Assembly: GCA_025927665.1 (NCBI GenBank)
Contig: JAICKZ010000001.1
Coordinates: 1-36,961, forward strand
Reading direction: 5' to 3'
DNA: 36,961 nucleotides
Source of the DNA: Steroidobacteraceae bacterium
Lineage (GTDB): Bacteria > Pseudomonadota > Gammaproteobacteria > Steroidobacterales > Steroidobacteraceae
The notes under the pieces are model-generated. The model searched no databases. It saw only the letters and a list, made by a program, of their open reading frames with translations, and was not told where the DNA came from. Below, one piece after another: positions 34,802-36,961 of this stretch. Numbering within the stretch: position 1 is the stretch's first letter; each line of letters opens with the position of its first letter. The position numbers and the translations under genes were made by a program.

Positions 34802-35782
34802 ATGACCAAACGCAGAGTACGAGTTGCCGTATTGATGGATCCAATCGAAAGGATCAAACCCAATAAGGATTCGAGTCTTGCCATGATGTTGGCCGCACAG
34901 CGCCATGGTTATGAGCTGTACTATATGGAGCAGCGTGATTTATGGCTGCGCGACGGTGTTGCTTGGGCGCGCATGCATCCGATTGAAGTGCGCGATGATT
35001 ACGAAGATTGGGCGACACTCGGTGCAGAACGTATCGAGCGCTTAAGCAATATGGATGTCATTCTGATGCGTAAGGATCCGCCGTTTGATACTGAATATAT
35101 TTACACCACTTACATCCTTGAACGCGCTGAAACCGAAGGTGTGTTAGTCGTCAATCGTCCGCAAGGATTGCGCGATATGAATGAAAAAGTATTTACCGCC
35201 TGGTTTCCACAATGTTGCGCACCCACGCTGATCACGCGCGACATGGGCGATATGCATGCCTTCTTGCATGAACATCATCACATTGTCTGCAAACCTTTGC
35301 ATGGTATGGGTGGACGTTCCATTTTTGTAATCAAGGAAGGCGATAAAAATGCCAATGTCGTGTTCGAGACACTCACCGAATACGGTGCTCACTTCGCGAT
35401 AGTGCAAAAGTATCTGCCCGAAATTGTTGAAAGCGGTGATTCTCGCATTCTGATCATTGATGGTGAACCTGCGCCTTATGCATTGGCACGCATTCCCTCG
35501 CCCACCGACAATCGCGGCAACTTGGCAGCAGGCGCGCATGGAATGGGCCGTGAATTAAACGATCGTGATCGATGGTTGGTGAGTGAAATAGGTCCTGTGC
35601 TGCGTGATCGCGGTATGTTGTTTGTTGGCCTCGATGTCATCGGCGGCTATGTAACTGAAATCAACGTCACTAGCCCGACCGGAGTTCGCGAATTGGATAA
35701 ACAATTCAAATGTGATATCGCCAATTTATTGATGAATGCAATTGAAAAACGCTTGCTAGCAAAAATGAAGCTTAATCATTAG
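34802..35782 (+). CDS. gshB: glutathione synthetase (ATP-grasp)
   Basis: ILMRKDPPFDTEYIYTTYILE, VVNRPQGLRDMNEK, GDSRILIIDGEP, ARIPSPTDNRGNLAAGA and EINVTSPTG. Confidence 0.9.
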   Translation: MTKRRVRVAVLMDPIERIKPNKDSSLAMMLAAQRHGYELYYMEQRDLWLRDGVAWARMHPIEVRDDYEDWATLGAERIERLSNMDVILMRKDPPFDTEYIYTTYILERAETEGVLVVNRPQGLRDMNEKVFTAWFPQCCAPTLITRDMGDMHAFLHEHHHIVCKPLHGMGGRSIFVIKEGDKNANVVFETLTEYGAHFAIVQKYLPEIVESGDSRILIIDGEPAPYALARIPSPTDNRGNLAAGAHGMGRELNDRDRWLVSEIGPVLRDRGMLFVGLDVIGGYVTEINVTSPTGVRELDKQFKCDIANLLMNAIEKRLLAKMKLNH

Positions 35783-35815
35783 CAGACAAGACATGCATGC
35801 TATTGCGGCTTAAAT

Positions 35816-36856
35816 ATGAGATACGTAATAGCATTCCTCTGTCTGATTTGTTTTGTACTGTCTAGCTGTCATTCTCAACGTCGCTTTGATACTAGTTTTA
35901 TCGCGATGGGAACGCGCGTTGATCTAAGCGTCATGAGTGATGATAGCGCACAGGCAGCACAGGCCACGATGAGTGTTGAACAATCTTTATTGCAGTGGAG
36001 CAAAGACTGGTATCCGTGGGGCGCAACGCCAGGGGAACTGAAGAACCTCAACGCCACATTCGCACAAGGACGCAAACTGAAAGTGTCTATGCAATTGCGT
36101 GATTTGTTGCAACTGTCAAAACAGTTGTCTATTAAAAGTGAAGGCTATTTTGATCCAGCTGTTGCGCCGATGATGCGCGCGTGGGGACTGAATGATATGA
36201 GTCATACACAAACTACATCGCCTGATGAGGAAGCATTGCATGCATGGAAACATAATCACCCCACCATAAAAGATGTGATTACTGAAGCAAATCAAATTTC
36301 CAGCACACGCAGTGACATTCAATTGGATCTTGGCGCCATTGCTAAGGGATATGCGATTGATCTTTGCATGCAATTGCTGAAGCAACGTAATATCAATTCG
36401 GCCGCCATCAATCTAGGCGGGCAGGTACGAATAATGGGTGAGATGGATAAAGTTATTCGTGAAGTGCATATTCGCGACCCGCGTATGAATGCATCGATGG
36501 CGACTTTAATATTAAACTCAGGTGAAAGTATTTCCACTTCCGGTGACTACGAACGTTACCGGATGCAAGCTCAACAACGCATTCATCATATATTAGATCC
36601 ACACACTGGAGCACCAGTAGCGGATACTCAAGCAGTTACGGTGATCGCGGATAACGCAACGCTAGCCGATGTCGCATCCACTGCCATCATGGCTGCGGGC
36701 GCGGAACACTGGCAATATATCGCCCAACAATTAGGTATCTCGCAAGTATTGCGCGTTGATGCTACTGGCGAAATTCAAATCACGACGGCAATGCATAAAC
36801 GCCTGCATTGGGAAGCAAGTGCTTTGCAATCATATTCATTAGTACAGATCCATTAA
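35816..36856 (+). CDS. apbE: FAD:protein FMN transferase (ApbE family lipoprotein)
   Basis: Lipobox VLSSC, MGT early motif, LGAIAKGYAIDL, STSGDYERY and HHILDPHTGAP. Confidence 0.85.
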   Translation: MRYVIAFLCLICFVLSSCHSQRRFDTSFIAMGTRVDLSVMSDDSAQAAQATMSVEQSLLQWSKDWYPWGATPGELKNLNATFAQGRKLKVSMQLRDLLQLSKQLSIKSEGYFDPAVAPMMRAWGLNDMSHTQTTSPDEEALHAWKHNHPTIKDVITEANQISSTRSDIQLDLGAIAKGYAIDLCMQLLKQRNINSAAINLGGQVRIMGEMDKVIREVHIRDPRMNASMATLILNSGESISTSGDYERYRMQAQQRIHHILDPHTGAPVADTQAVTVIADNATLADVASTAIMAAGAEHWQYIAQQLGISQVLRVDATGEIQITTAMHKRLHWEASALQSYSLVQIH

Positions 36857-36858
36857 TC

Positions 36859-36961
36859 ATGGCCATTCAAAATCGACCTTTACGTGACGCGGCTGCAATC
36901 GAAGCACAATCAGTCTTTACGCCAGGCTACACCGCAAAGAACAGCAAGGATCGGTTAGTAA
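36859..36961 (+). CDS. possible start of an unidentified gene (3' end outside the window)
   Basis: An ATG lies 2 nt after the apbE stop and the frame is open to the window edge (MAIQNRPLRDAAAIEAQSVFTPGYTAKNSKDRLV...). No family is recognisable from 34 aa. Confidence 0.25.
   Translation, partial: MAIQNRPLRDAAAIEAQSVFTPGYTAKNSKDRLV

Noticed and set aside
1-36961. I searched for tRNA/rRNA genes, CRISPR repeats, integrases, toxin-antitoxin pairs and known defence-system gene signatures.
   Set aside because: I found no T-arm/GTTCGAATC-type tRNA signatures, no regularly spaced short direct repeats, no recombinase, nuclease, helicase or ATPase genes of defence type, and no small two-gene TA-like cassettes. 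The only mobile-element trace is the IS3 remnant at about 9.6 kb.

Overview
This window looks like ordinary chromosomal DNA from a moderately AT-rich Gammaproteobacterium. The order bioA-rsmE-[chp/pil cluster]-gshB mirrors Pseudomonas aeruginosa PA0420 to PA0407. I call about 36 protein genes, one cobalamin riboswitch, one IS3-family transposase remnant, one block of four tandem ~291-bp coding repeats, and a few hairpins or inverted repeats. I found no rRNA, tRNA, CRISPR array, intact mobile element or prophage. There are three main blocks. (1) 1-11.7 kb holds housekeeping and envelope genes: the epmA 3' end, a DMT protein, an LplT-acyltransferase fusion, a YihX-like HAD phosphatase, an outer-membrane channel plus a YncE-like beta-propeller, ornithine decarboxylase, Sua5/TsaC, a DJ-1/PfpI protein and an IMPase-family protein. 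(2) 11.7-22.2 kb is a vitamin B12 salvage locus. It contains a riboswitch-controlled btuB-(BtuM-like)-cobT-cobC-cobS operon, convergent cobU, a PduO-type adenosyltransferase and a distal btuF. Three accessory-looking genes split it: a zinc-ribbon protein, a ConA-like secreted protein and an Ig-repeat lipoprotein. (3) 25.0-34.5 kb is a streamlined Pil-Chp type IV pilus chemosensory cluster, pilG-pilH-pilI-pilJ-chpA-chpC. I see no convincing new multi-gene system such as a defence island or toxin module. The points most worth follow-up are a PilJ receptor with no periplasmic sensor domain in a cluster lacking the CheR/CheB-type genes, the BtuM-like single-cysteine membrane protein in the B12 operon together with an orphan btuF, the surface-protein insertion in the B12 locus, and a structured leader upstream of ornithine decarboxylase. 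All family assignments come from reading motifs by eye. No database search was run.
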